Origin: Acaryochloridaceae cyanobacterium VAR_48_metabat_390
GTDB taxonomy: Bacteria > Cyanobacteriota > Cyanobacteriia > Thermosynechococcales > Thermosynechococcaceae
Length of the DNA stretch: 64,000 nucleotides
Direction of reading: 5' to 3'
Assembly (NCBI GenBank): GCA_031422435.1
Contig: JANPLU010000128.1
Span: 64,001 to 128,000, forward strand
Shown here piece by piece: positions 9,540 through 18,564 of the stretch (within the stretch, counting starts at the first letter, position 1; each line of letters begins with the position of its first letter). The position numbers were made by a program, and so were the translations under genes. Under the pieces are notes generated by a model that was given only the letters and a program-made list of their open reading frames with translations, was not told where the DNA came from and did no database searches.

Positions 9540-9794
9540 TTAACGCTTAAGCACAACGGTAATAAAAACTGAAATAGTGGCGCTGGCAATCAGTGAAAAA
9601 GCTAGATTGATGATCGATTGCGTGGATTGCTGATAATAGCCAAACCGCAGACCTAGCTCTTTTGCCTCTTCGCGCTGTTGGTCAATATCACGGGTCAATT
9701 TTTCAATCGCGGCAGAATTCTTTTCAACAAGTTCTGAATTCCGCTCCACGATGGCTTCAATGCGGTCAAGACGGTCGGTTGGGTTGGTGGTCAT
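9540..9794 (-). CDS. Small coiled-coil protein with a C-terminal transmembrane helix (84 aa)
   Basis: MTTNPTDRLDRIEAIVERN..YYQQSTQSIINLAFSLIASATI, a pattern common in small cyanobacterial hypotheticals; start set at ATG 9794. Confidence 0.7.
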   Translation of the reverse strand: MTTNPTDRLDRIEAIVERNSELVEKNSAAIEKLTRDIDQQREEAKELGLRFGYYQQSTQSIINLAFSLIASATISVFITVVLKR

Positions 9795-9985
9795 GGTTTT
9801 TTGTTGTCTAGATTTTGGGCGATCACAGCGCTTAAATCCTCCCAAAACGCCGCGTGCAGCAGATTTTCTTACTTTAGGCTAGCACTTCAGCAAAAAAGTG
9901 AAGCGGGTTCTAGGTGGCTGAGATCACAAATCTAGCCCTCTTACCATCACTCAACATAATTCGCAGAATCACTCAGCAGCATGGG

Positions 9986-10309
9986 ATGCAGTCACTGAGC
10001 AATTCTGCCAAAATCGAGAAGATACATTCATCGAAGAAGACATACATTACCCCTCACAGGAAGCCCACCCTGAAACGCCAGCTTGTTTACGCCTTAAGCA
10101 TTACTGCAGCCCTTGCTACTTCCGTCATTCCCGCCTATGCCAACCCCGTCGCCCCTAGCAGTCGCAGCGGCAACAGCGGTCGCGCCCCGCGCCCATTTAT
10201 CCCCCTGCTCAACAACGTCAGTTTATTGGTGTTTGGGTTCCGCTATGCAATCGACAGCAGCGCCCCTGCTGTGAGTACGGTTTCTAGTGCCAATCCAGTT
10301 CTGTTGTAA
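9986..10309 (+). CDS. Hypothetical protein with a signal-peptide-like segment
   Basis: KRQLVYALSITAALATSVIPAYA (basic, hydrophobic, AxA); start codon uncertain. Confidence 0.35.
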   Translation: MQSLSNSAKIEKIHSSKKTYITPHRKPTLKRQLVYALSITAALATSVIPAYANPVAPSSRSGNSGRAPRPFIPLLNNVSLLVFGFRYAIDSSAPAVSTVSSANPVLL

Positions 10310-10338
10310 AAATACAGCGTTGAGTTCTTCGACTGGTT

Positions 10339-10890
10339 TTAGCTCAGCGCAGAAATAACGTAGTCAAAATACATTCCACATTCTGAGGCTAAATCAGAGC
10401 AGTCTCCTGAGGTGACTTGCTTCTGAGTAGAGGAGGGGTGGCGACCTGCGTTATTAAAGCTTTGAATATGGGCAATGCAGATGGCCTTCATGATTTTGAG
10501 CGCTCGAACCATGGACGGGATACAGACATTCAGCGTCGTATAGGTTTCTTTCAGCCCGTATACGCAGCGGTTTTCGAGGACGGAAATATCGCCAGCCATG
10601 AGTGCGTAACAGACGTAGCGCAAAATAATTTCGCCATCTCGTAAACAAGCTGCCATCTTACGATTAGGATAACAAGCGCCTCCCTCTTTAATGAGGCTAG
10701 GGTCTTCACAGAGCATTCCAGAGATAGCATCCGAGACACAGCAGCTTGCAATACCAGAAAGAGCCTCAATCGCGTCAAACCGCTTGTTGAGTCCAGCGGT
10801 AATGACTTTAATCTCCTCTAATTCAGCTTTACCCATGCAGGCAGTATTTTTATTTGCACGCTCAGCAACGCGGGAAAATGCATCAAACAA
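10339..10890 (-). CDS. cpeB: Divergent phycoerythrin beta-subunit-like phycobiliprotein (orphan)
   Basis: MFDAFSR start; C50, C61, C82 (AACLRDGEIILRY) and C164 (GDCS) in PE-beta register; YFDYVISALS end; GGAG SD before a TTG start. Confidence 0.85.
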   Translation of the reverse strand: MFDAFSRVAERANKNTACMGKAELEEIKVITAGLNKRFDAIEALSGIASCCVSDAISGMLCEDPSLIKEGGACYPNRKMAACLRDGEIILRYVCYALMAGDISVLENRCVYGLKETYTTLNVCIPSMVRALKIMKAICIAHIQSFNNAGRHPSSTQKQVTSGDCSDLASECGMYFDYVISALS

Positions 10891-11167
10891 GGGAGTCTCC
10901 TTTCCGTTCGGGAATTTCTAGATCTGTAGGTCTAGGGTGATTCCAGACTTGAGCTGATTTCACAGAGGTTCATAATTTTTTATAAAAGAGGGAAAGGTTC
11001 AAAGTGCAAGGGATTAGGGTAGAGCATCACTGCGGAAATTACTTACGCAAATGTGCGGAGATAGCGCATCATTTTAGCCGTCAAGTCGCGTGTATTCAAC
11101 GATGTACTGAGTATGCAGATTCCCAATAATAGGAGACATAGCTTATCAGTGAAACGGAAGACCCACA

Positions 11168-11968
11168 ATGGCTTACAAAACTTCAGCTCACTCCGAAACG
11201 TTAGAACTGTTGATGGCCTATCGCCAGAATCCATCTGTGCATCTTCGTAACCGTGTCGTAAAACTCAATGCAGGCTTAGTCCGTAAAGTAGCGCACCAGC
11301 TCGCCAATCAAAGCCCCCTCCCGTTTGAAGACTTAGAGCAAATTGGCTATATCGGCTTAATTACCGCCGCCGAACGTTTTGACCCGACCCAAGGCTATGC
11401 TTTTAGTTCTTTTGCAGTTCCCTACATTAAGGGCGAAATGCTTCACTTCCTGCGTGACCGCGCCAGTGCCGTGCGAATTCCGAGACGGCTTCAGCAGTTA
11501 AGTAACGAAGGCGCAAAAGTATCGCAGGCTTTGATTGAAAAATTGGGTCGTCAGCCGAATGATCATGAAATTGCAGCAGCGCTGAACATTGACCTCCAGG
11601 AATGGCGTTCAGTTAAGCTGTCTTCTATTAACCGTACACCCATGAGCTTAAACGCCTGCCTCAATGGTGGCGGTTCCCAGCAGGCAGAAGCGGTCATGAC
11701 CTTGGGAGACACCCTTGTAGATGTTCGTAGCCAAATTCAGCAAGACCACGCAGAAGAGCGTTTGGCACTACAGCACGCCTTAAATCAGCTTGAAGATAAA
11801 ACCCGTGAAATCATTGAGGCGGTTTTTCTACATCAGCATTCTCGTCAAGAAGTTGCCGCAAGAATTGGCATTAGCCCCGTAACCGTCACCCGACGTATTA
11901 AAAAGGGGATTGAGCAGCTAGCAGAAATGATTCAGATGCCCAGTTTGACTGTCTTGGCTGAAGGGTAA
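11168..11968 (+). CDS. sigF: Group 3 RNA polymerase sigma factor (SigB/F/G family)
   Basis: DLEQIGYIGLITAAERFDP, FSSFAVPYIKGEMLHFLRD, VRIPRR and HTH GISPVTVTRR motifs. Confidence 0.9.
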   Translation: MAYKTSAHSETLELLMAYRQNPSVHLRNRVVKLNAGLVRKVAHQLANQSPLPFEDLEQIGYIGLITAAERFDPTQGYAFSSFAVPYIKGEMLHFLRDRASAVRIPRRLQQLSNEGAKVSQALIEKLGRQPNDHEIAAALNIDLQEWRSVKLSSINRTPMSLNACLNGGGSQQAEAVMTLGDTLVDVRSQIQQDHAEERLALQHALNQLEDKTREIIEAVFLHQHSRQEVAARIGISPVTVTRRIKKGIEQLAEMIQMPSLTVLAEG

Positions 11969-12038
11969 ACTGCGGTTCTAGGCCATTCATTGTCATCAGA
12001 AGCTATAACAAAGCTGGATACTGTGTTTAGCGAAATAA

Positions 12039-13433
12039 GTGATGACCAACCAAATTGCAATGCCCTCAGCTCTGCAAACCCTCGTTCAACAGCAGCGCAG
12101 CTTTTTTGGCACGGGTCAAACAAAACCCCTAGAATTTCGGCTCCAGCAGCTCCAAAAGCTTCAGCACGCGATCACTGAGTATCAAGGTGCCATTGTCAAA
12201 GCCGCTCAGCAAGATTTAGGGCGACCGGAGTACGAAGCGTACTTTGAGATTGCCACCGTTTCTGAAGTTAAAAAGGCGATTAAGTCTCTTAAGCAGTGGA
12301 TAAAGCCCCAAAAGGTTGCAACGTCCATTGACCAGTTCCCTTCTCAAGCCTGGGTTCAGCCCGACCCCCTGGGCGTGGTTCTGATTATTGGGCCGTGGAA
12401 CTATCCATTTCAACTCATTATTTCGCCACTGGTGGGGGCGATCGCCGCTGGTAACTGCGCCATCCTCAAGCCTTCAGAACATGCGCCACACACGGCACAG
12501 GTTGTTTCAGAAATGATTCGGTCTGCCTTTGACCCTCAGTACATTGCGGTAGCTCAAGGCGATGCCGAGGTCAGTCAACAGCTCTTGGCAGAGAAGTTTG
12601 ACCATATCTTTTTTACAGGCGGCACGGCGATCGGACGAATTGTAATGGAGGCCGCCGCCAAACATCTCACCCCTGTCACCTTAGAGCTGGGTGGCAAAAG
12701 CCCCTGCATTGTCGAAGCAGATGCGCGTCTAGACTACGCCGCTAAGCGTATCGCCTGGGGCAAGTTCATCAACGCGGGGCAAACCTGCATTGCGCCAGAC
12801 TATCTGCTGGTGAACCGCCGCATTAAGACAGAATTTTTTGAGAAGCTGAAGCAGTACATCCAAGAATTTTATGGCGAGAACCCTGCCGACAGCGCTAGCT
12901 ACGGTCGCATTATTCATCAGCGACACTTTGCGCGGCTGGCTTCATTTTTAGACAATGGCAAAACTATTACAGGAGGTCAGACCGATCCAGACACCCGCTA
13001 CATTGCGCCCACCGTTTTGGATGCGGTGAGCTGGAGCGATCCGGTGATGCAGGACGAGATCTTTGGACCGATTTTGCCTGTGTTGGAGTATGACGAACTC
13101 GAAGAGGCGATCGCCCTCATCAATGCTAGACCCAAGCCTTTAGCCCTTTACTTTTTCTCAAAGGACTCACGCAAGCAGCAGCAAATTTTGAACTCTACCT
13201 CATCGGGGGGCGTTTGCCTTAACGATACGGTAATGCAAATTGCGGTAGCCACCCTACCCTTTGGCGGCGTGGGCGAGAGCGGCATGGGTCGATATCACGA
13301 CAAAGCCAGCTTTGATACCTTTTCTCACTATAAGAGCGTACTCAAAAAGTCGTTCTGGCTTGATTTAACGTGGCGCTATGCCCCCTATACTACCGATAAG
13401 CTTAAGTTGATCAAGCGAATTGTGAACGGCTAA
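12039..13433 (+). CDS. Aldehyde dehydrogenase (ALDH3-like)
   Basis: PWNYP, FTGG, LELGGKSP, GQTCIAPDY and EIFGP motifs. Confidence 0.95.
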   Translation: MMTNQIAMPSALQTLVQQQRSFFGTGQTKPLEFRLQQLQKLQHAITEYQGAIVKAAQQDLGRPEYEAYFEIATVSEVKKAIKSLKQWIKPQKVATSIDQFPSQAWVQPDPLGVVLIIGPWNYPFQLIISPLVGAIAAGNCAILKPSEHAPHTAQVVSEMIRSAFDPQYIAVAQGDAEVSQQLLAEKFDHIFFTGGTAIGRIVMEAAAKHLTPVTLELGGKSPCIVEADARLDYAAKRIAWGKFINAGQTCIAPDYLLVNRRIKTEFFEKLKQYIQEFYGENPADSASYGRIIHQRHFARLASFLDNGKTITGGQTDPDTRYIAPTVLDAVSWSDPVMQDEIFGPILPVLEYDELEEAIALINARPKPLALYFFSKDSRKQQQILNSTSSGGVCLNDTVMQIAVATLPFGGVGESGMGRYHDKASFDTFSHYKSVLKKSFWLDLTWRYAPYTTDKLKLIKRIVNG

Positions 13434-13541
13434 GTGCAGTTGAATGAAAATATATTGGCTTTTCTTTTGTCTCGTTTGTGCCAAAGCAGCAGCTTCCTAG
13501 ATAAAATGGGCTTCTGATCATAAGTCTTTGCTGCGCGCGCC

Positions 13542-14066
13542 ATGAAACACACGCTATCGGTTTTAGTTGAAGATGAGGCTGGAGTTTTAACCCGAATTGC
13601 AGGGCTATTTGCCCGACGGGGCTTTAATATTGAAAGCCTTGCGGTAGGGCCTGCCGAGCAAATGGGCGTGTCTCGCATCACGATGGTAGTTCCAGGCGAA
13701 GACCAGGTGATTGAGCAGCTTACCAAGCAGCTTTATAAGCTTGTGAATGTGCTTAAAGTACAGGATATTACCGAAATCCCCTGTGTTGAGCGGGAGCTGA
13801 TGCTGGTTAAGGTGAATGCGACAGCCCAGCTTAGGTCTGAAATTTTAGATATTGTTCAGATCTTCAGAGCCAAGGTGGTAGACGTTTCTGAAGATTCTGT
13901 CACCATTGAGGTTTCGGGCGATCCTGGCAAAATGGTGGCGATCGTGCAGATGGTCAATAAGTTTGGCATTCGTGAAATTGCACGCACGGGCAAGGTTGCC
14001 CTTACTCGTGAGTCTGGTGTGAATACAGAGTATCTGAAATCTCTTGAGGCGAAGCTTCAGTATTAA
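13542..14066 (+). CDS. ilvN: Acetolactate synthase small (regulatory) subunit
   Basis: [36 protein letters not shown] domain. Confidence 0.97.
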   Translation: MKHTLSVLVEDEAGVLTRIAGLFARRGFNIESLAVGPAEQMGVSRITMVVPGEDQVIEQLTKQLYKLVNVLKVQDITEIPCVERELMLVKVNATAQLRSEILDIVQIFRAKVVDVSEDSVTIEVSGDPGKMVAIVQMVNKFGIREIARTGKVALTRESGVNTEYLKSLEAKLQY

Positions 14067-14403
14067 CGAAGTTTGCTCCTGCTTGGTATCTTTTAACATA
14101 CTTGCCTCTGACACCGCCAGCCATCTTGGAAAAGTCGTATTCAGGGCGTAGTTCATCAACGTCCTTTTTCATAAAATCTCCAGTAAAGCCAATTATATGA
14201 ACTGCTCGATGTCCAATTCTGACAAACCAGATTTGAGCATCTGGATATTGAGCCAACAGTTGATCTGAAGCCGTGAGACTATCTTTTGCTAATTCAAAGG
14301 CTCCCGTTTCAATGTCGATCGCCACAATTTTGCCATGATTGCCTTGCTCGACTTGAGGACGCACCTGAGATTCATAAATCTCATTACCACGTCGAGTAAA
14401 CTC
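14065..14403 (-). pseudogene. Chimeric remnant: 5'-truncated DUF5678-like gene joined in frame to a 3'-truncated BrnA-like antitoxin
   Basis: EFTRRGNEIYESQVRPQVEQGNHGKIVAIDIETG..RIG directly follows a stop, then GGAG-N5-ATG (14172) MKKDVDELRPEYDFSKMAGGVRGKY runs into the antisense of ilvN. Confidence 0.65.
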
Positions 14404-14462
14404 TCAGGCTCAACCAACTATCTCAATACGATCAAGTGTGGAAGCGGATTGTTATGCCGCCG

Positions 14463-14903
14463 CTATAACTTGAACGAGTAATGATGAAATTCCTCGTCCT
14501 TGCAGTACCCAATCGATTCATAAAGAGCCTGAGCAGAAACGTTAGAAATTTGCGTTGCTAGAGAAATTCGGATAGCTTCTGTTTGTCTTGCAAAGTCCTC
14601 TGCCGCTCTCAACAACAACTTTGCAACACCCTGCTTTCGACAGGTTGGCTCCACAAATAGATCGTTCAGAATCCAAACACGCTTCATGGACACAGAAGAA
14701 AAACTGGGATAAAGCTGCGTAAACCCAACTATCTGCCCGTTATTACCTGCTGCAAATATAATTGAATCGCCTTTGTGAAAACGCTCTTGAATAAATTTTC
14801 TAGCAGTTTCAATATCTGAGGGTGACTTGTAAAAAACACGATATTGATCAAACAACTGAGATACCGTTTCAAGATGCTCTAAACGGGCTTGAAAAGTTTC
14901 CAT
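14463..14903 (-). CDS. GNAT-family acetyltransferase
   Basis: LFDQYRVFY, GFTQLYPSFSS, LNDLFV..RKQGVA and AQALYESIGY motifs. Confidence 0.92.
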   Translation of the reverse strand: METFQARLEHLETVSQLFDQYRVFYKSPSDIETARKFIQERFHKGDSIIFAAGNNGQIVGFTQLYPSFSSVSMKRVWILNDLFVEPTCRKQGVAKLLLRAAEDFARQTEAIRISLATQISNVSAQALYESIGYCKDEEFHHYSFKL

Positions 14904-15074
14904 CTGCTATCCTCACCACTACCCCAATAATCTAGCGTCGATCACATTACCACAATCTCTAAAATACTGACTCAGCAAAAGCTTTGAATCAAACTCAAAT
15001 ACTGATAAATAGAATTCAAGAACTTCTTCTACCCAATACTTGCGGCACCACTATTGATTAGGGTGAGAGATCCG

Positions 15075-16067
15075 CTACCGGAAGCTGCCAGGGTTATCGT
15101 CAAAGTTGCCGCTGTTGTCAAAATCATCGTCAGAGCTATGCGGCTTTGGGGTACCCAAGGGTTTGTAGTCTACATAGTCACCGTCTAAAGGGCGGACTCT
15201 TGGTGCAGAGCTATCGCCATTACCTCTAGATCGGCGACGCGCACTACGAGAACTCCCACTCGCAGGAACTTCAGCTTCAGGTAACGAGGATAACGATAGA
15301 GAAGATTCAGACCGACCGCGACGACGACCACTCGCAGACGGCTCTCCCTTAGCAGGGCGCTCTTCACCATAGCTGTAGCTGCTGTTCTCTGGGGCGGCTA
15401 TAGCATCGCCCTCTAACTGAAGGGGTTGCTTACGACGACGCGCACGGGGTTCTTCCCCACCGCCATACTGCTGCTGGCTATCATCATCAGAATAAGAATT
15501 GCTTGAGCGACGGGTGCTGCTGCTTTGAGCGCGACGCGGTTCACGGGTATCTTCAGAAAGCTGATCTAAGTAAGCGCTTTGATAATTATCACGAACGCTG
15601 GCACCTTCGCGTCCCCCACGAATGCGCCGCACCCGCGAAGACTCTTCCATGGGAATAAATTCATCATCAAACTCAGCCCGTACCTCTGACCTAAAGTCAT
15701 CCTCAAAGCTAGCGCGTGAAGATCGGCTAGGCCGATCAGGAGAATTGCGGAATCCGCCGCCGCCATTCCCACCACCGCTACCGCCATTTCCTTGATAAAG
15801 AGACGTATTGCCTGGTGTACGCCGTCTAATGTTGTCGATCATCAGCGAAATCAACATCCCCGCAAAAATCATCAGCTGAAACGAAGGTAGAAACTCTTGG
15901 TTCAGTTGAAACAGGGAAAGAATGCCAACGGTCAAAAACAATACGGAGTAAACCGTGTCAGAGTCTCGCCGATAGCCCGGTTTAAACTTTTCCAAAAAGA
16001 ATAAGCCGACCGCGATGAGAATCAGAACGATTCCAACCAGTAGCGGAACAGGAGTACCAAAGTTCAC
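15075..16067 (-). CDS. ycf66: Ycf66-family membrane protein with a long disordered R/S/D-rich tail
   Basis: Three N-terminal TM helices with RRDSD, IRRR, and DYVDYKP near the C-terminus; adjacent to psbX as is usual. Confidence 0.8.
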   Translation of the reverse strand: MNFGTPVPLLVGIVLILIAVGLFFLEKFKPGYRRDSDTVYSVLFLTVGILSLFQLNQEFLPSFQLMIFAGMLISLMIDNIRRRTPGNTSLYQGNGGSGGGNGGGGFRNSPDRPSRSSRASFEDDFRSEVRAEFDDEFIPMEESSRVRRIRGGREGASVRDNYQSAYLDQLSEDTREPRRAQSSSTRRSSNSYSDDDSQQQYGGGEEPRARRRKQPLQLEGDAIAAPENSSYSYGEERPAKGEPSASGRRRGRSESSLSLSSLPEAEVPASGSSRSARRRSRGNGDSSAPRVRPLDGDYVDYKPLGTPKPHSSDDDFDNSGNFDDNPGSFR

Positions 16068-16239
16068 GGTGGATTCCTCTCAGGATAACGACTCAGTGGA
16101 AATGAAGGAGCCGTAATGGGTATAGCATTGTAGCGTCAAGCAAAGGGTTGTATACGCCACTGCTGGCTTTCTATCAGTCTAATCCTAGCGGTCTTTGTAG
16201 GTTTTGTCGTGGCTAAGGAGCATGGCTCAAATAACCTCA

Positions 16240-16340
16240 ACTTTTGCCCCTCACCCCAACCCTCTCCCTAGGGAGAGGGAGCAAGAATCCGATCCCCCTT
16301 CTCCCTAGGGAGAAGGGGCTAGGGGATGAGGGCGTGCAAA
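16240..16340. repeat. GC-rich palindromic dispersed repeat (CCCTCTCCC-TA-GGGAGAGGG type)
   Basis: Two hairpins, 16260-16279 and 16295-16318, enclosed by GCCCCTCACCCC and GGGGATGAGGGC. Confidence 0.8.
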
Positions 16341-16516
16341 ATGTAAAGTCTCTTATCGAATGCTCTAGATTATTTAATCTAGGATCCTTAGCACAACGAG
16401 ACCCTTCATCAAAAAAGCCTACGATTGATCACTTTCAACCGTAGACCTTAAAGAGCAAATGGATATTGCCTTGCACCCCCAGTCTAAAGTTGCCTGGGTT
16501 TTAACTGAAGTCAACC

Positions 16517-16639
16517 TTAAGAGCGCTGAACTTTATCAAGCTGGCTGACCACAATAACGCCAGCGGTAATGCCAGCTAACACAACGCCACCAGCCGCTAG
16601 ACCAATAAAGAACCCATTCAGAGAAGGGGTGATTGTCAT
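16517..16639 (-). CDS. psbX: Photosystem II subunit X (40 aa, not in the ORF track)
   Basis: Translated by hand: MTITPSLNGFFIGLAAGGVVLAGITAGVIVVSQLDKVQRS; TPSL and SQxDxVxR motifs. Confidence 0.95.
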   Translation of the reverse strand: MTITPSLNGFFIGLAAGGVVLAGITAGVIVVSQLDKVQRS

Positions 16640-16812
16640 TAGAACAGGCATCATAACCGTTTTCTATCAAAACATTACTTTAATCTTAGAGGGTTGCCCG
16701 ACGCTTGAGAAGCACTAATTAAAAGTCCCACCTAAACTTGACACCGAAAGAACCATTGAGGGCATCAAAGTTTTAGACTAAAAACAGCCGTTAACCCCAG
16801 AGTCTTGAAACG

Positions 16813-17094
16813 ATGGATACCGCAACGCTATTAATGTGGACAGTTGGGCCGCTGTTGGGCATCATGTGTCTTTTGTTTGTCTTTCGGATTGTATTGACCT
16901 GGTACCCTCAAGTCCCCTTTGGCAAATTCCCGTGGATTTTGATCTACTGGCCTACGGAGCCGCTGCTTGTTGTCACACGCAAAGTCATTCCGCCCATCGG
17001 CGGCGTGGATATTACGCCGATTATCTGGTTTGGATTGGTCAGCCTAGCTCGTGAAATGCTGCTAGGTCAACAGGGTCTACTTAGGATGATTTAG
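16813..17094 (+). CDS. YggT/YlmG-family membrane protein
   Basis: [25 protein letters not shown] motifs. Confidence 0.92.
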   Translation: MDTATLLMWTVGPLLGIMCLLFVFRIVLTWYPQVPFGKFPWILIYWPTEPLLVVTRKVIPPIGGVDITPIIWFGLVSLAREMLLGQQGLLRMI

Positions 17095-18442
17095 CAGCCT
17101 GAGCCTGCATCTGCTCGACAAAGTTGGTGTACACCAGCCCTGCCTGAAATTCGGCATTTGCCAAAATCTTTTGGTGAAACCCTATGGTGGTTGGAACCCC
17201 CGTAATGGCGCATTCTTGAAGGGCACGCTGCATTCGGGCGATCGCCGTGGGTCGGTCAGGTCCCCACACAATCAGCTTGCCAATCAAAGAGTCGTAATAG
17301 GGTGGAATTTCATAGTCTGGGTAGACATGGGAATCCATCCGTACCCCAGGTCCACCAGGGGGTAGGTAGGCCAAAATGCGGCCTGGGGCGGGGCGAAAGT
17401 TATGGTTAGGGTCTTCGGCGTTAATGCGGCACTCTATGGCATGTCCCCGCAGCGAAACCTGATCTTGGGTAAAGCTCAGCGGGTCGCCTTGGGCAATTTT
17501 GATTTGCTCGGCAATTAAATCTAGCCCCGTAATCATCTCCGTCACAGGATGCTCAACCTGGATGCGGGTATTCATCTCCATAAAGTAGAAATTGCCAGAG
17601 ATATCTAGCAAAAACTCAACGGTTCCAGCGCCCACATAGCCAATAGACTGGGCAGCTTTGACCGCTGCATCCCCCATTTTTTGACGCAGTTCAGGCGTTA
17701 AGGCGGCACTGGGCGCTTCTTCTAGCAGCTTTTGGTGACGGCGCTGAATCGAGCAGTCGCGCTCACCCAAATGCACCACGTTGCCGTGGCTGTCTGCCAA
17801 AATCTGAAACTCAATGTGACGGGGTTTTTCAATAAATTTTTCGAGGTACACGCCCCCATTGCCAAAGGCTGCTTCTGCTTCCCCTTGGGCAGCCAAAAAG
17901 AGCTTCACCAAATCTTCCGGCTCTCGCACCAGACGCATCCCGCGACCGCCGCCCCCAGCCGTAGCCTTCACCATCAGGGGAAAGCCAATGTGCTCGGAGA
18001 TCGCCTTTGCAACCTCTTCATCTGCGACAATGCCGTCACTACCAGGCACCGTTGGCACCCCCGCCTTCTGCATTGTTTCCTTTGCCGTAGACTTATCCCC
18101 CATGCGACGAATGGAATCGGGCGAGGGACCAATAAACTGGATTTGGTGATCGGCACAAATTTCGGCAAACTTGGCATTTTCAGCCAAAAACCCATAGCCA
18201 GGATGAATCGCCGTCGCATTGCGCGTCAGCGCCGCCGCAATAATATTGGGGATATTGAGATAGCTTTTTGCGCTGGGCGCTTCTCCAATACACACGGCTT
18301 CGTCAGCCAACTGTACATGGAGTGCAGATTGATCAACCGTAGAGTGCACGGCTACTGTCGCAATACCCAGTTCTTCACAGGTTCGGAGAATTCGGAGCGC
18401 AATTTCACCGCGATTGGCAATCAGAATTTTAGAAAAGCGCAT
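17081..18442 (-). CDS. accC: Acetyl-CoA carboxylase, biotin carboxylase subunit
   Basis: [28 protein letters not shown] and [10 protein letters not shown] motifs; start set at MRFSK (an alternative TTG lies at 18496). Confidence 0.98.
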   Translation of the reverse strand: MRFSKILIANRGEIALRILRTCEELGIATVAVHSTVDQSALHVQLADEAVCIGEAPSAKSYLNIPNIIAAALTRNATAIHPGYGFLAENAKFAEICADHQIQFIGPSPDSIRRMGDKSTAKETMQKAGVPTVPGSDGIVADEEVAKAISEHIGFPLMVKATAGGGGRGMRLVREPEDLVKLFLAAQGEAEAAFGNGGVYLEKFIEKPRHIEFQILADSHGNVVHLGERDCSIQRRHQKLLEEAPSAALTPELRQKMGDAAVKAAQSIGYVGAGTVEFLLDISGNFYFMEMNTRIQVEHPVTEMITGLDLIAEQIKIAQGDPLSFTQDQVSLRGHAIECRINAEDPNHNFRPAPGRILAYLPPGGPGVRMDSHVYPDYEIPPYYDSLIGKLIVWGPDRPTAIARMQRALQECAITGVPTTIGFHQKILANAEFQAGLVYTNFVEQMQAQAAKSS

Positions 18443-18564
18443 GTTTTCAGCGGGCGTAGACGCGCGAGTAGGTATTGAACCATTAGGTTCAGTCAACTGC
18501 TCATCCTATCACGTTGTCATAGACCGCCCTCACATCAATAGCAGCTACCAAAACAAACTTAAGA

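Noticed and set aside
9850..10338. Hidden or decayed cpeA downstream of the cpeB-like gene
   Set aside because: No minus-strand ORF of alpha-subunit size and no recognisable MKSV, AADAAGRFP, CxRD or GGTGP motifs
16244..16444. 66-aa ORF (PLTPTLSLGRG)
   Set aside because: Translation of the palindromic repeat
17732..18478. Long antisense or alternate-frame ORFs (e.g. 17732-18478, 7698-8261, 44009-44518, 51683-52126)
   Set aside because: Shadow ORFs of well-conserved genes, with no recognisable motifs
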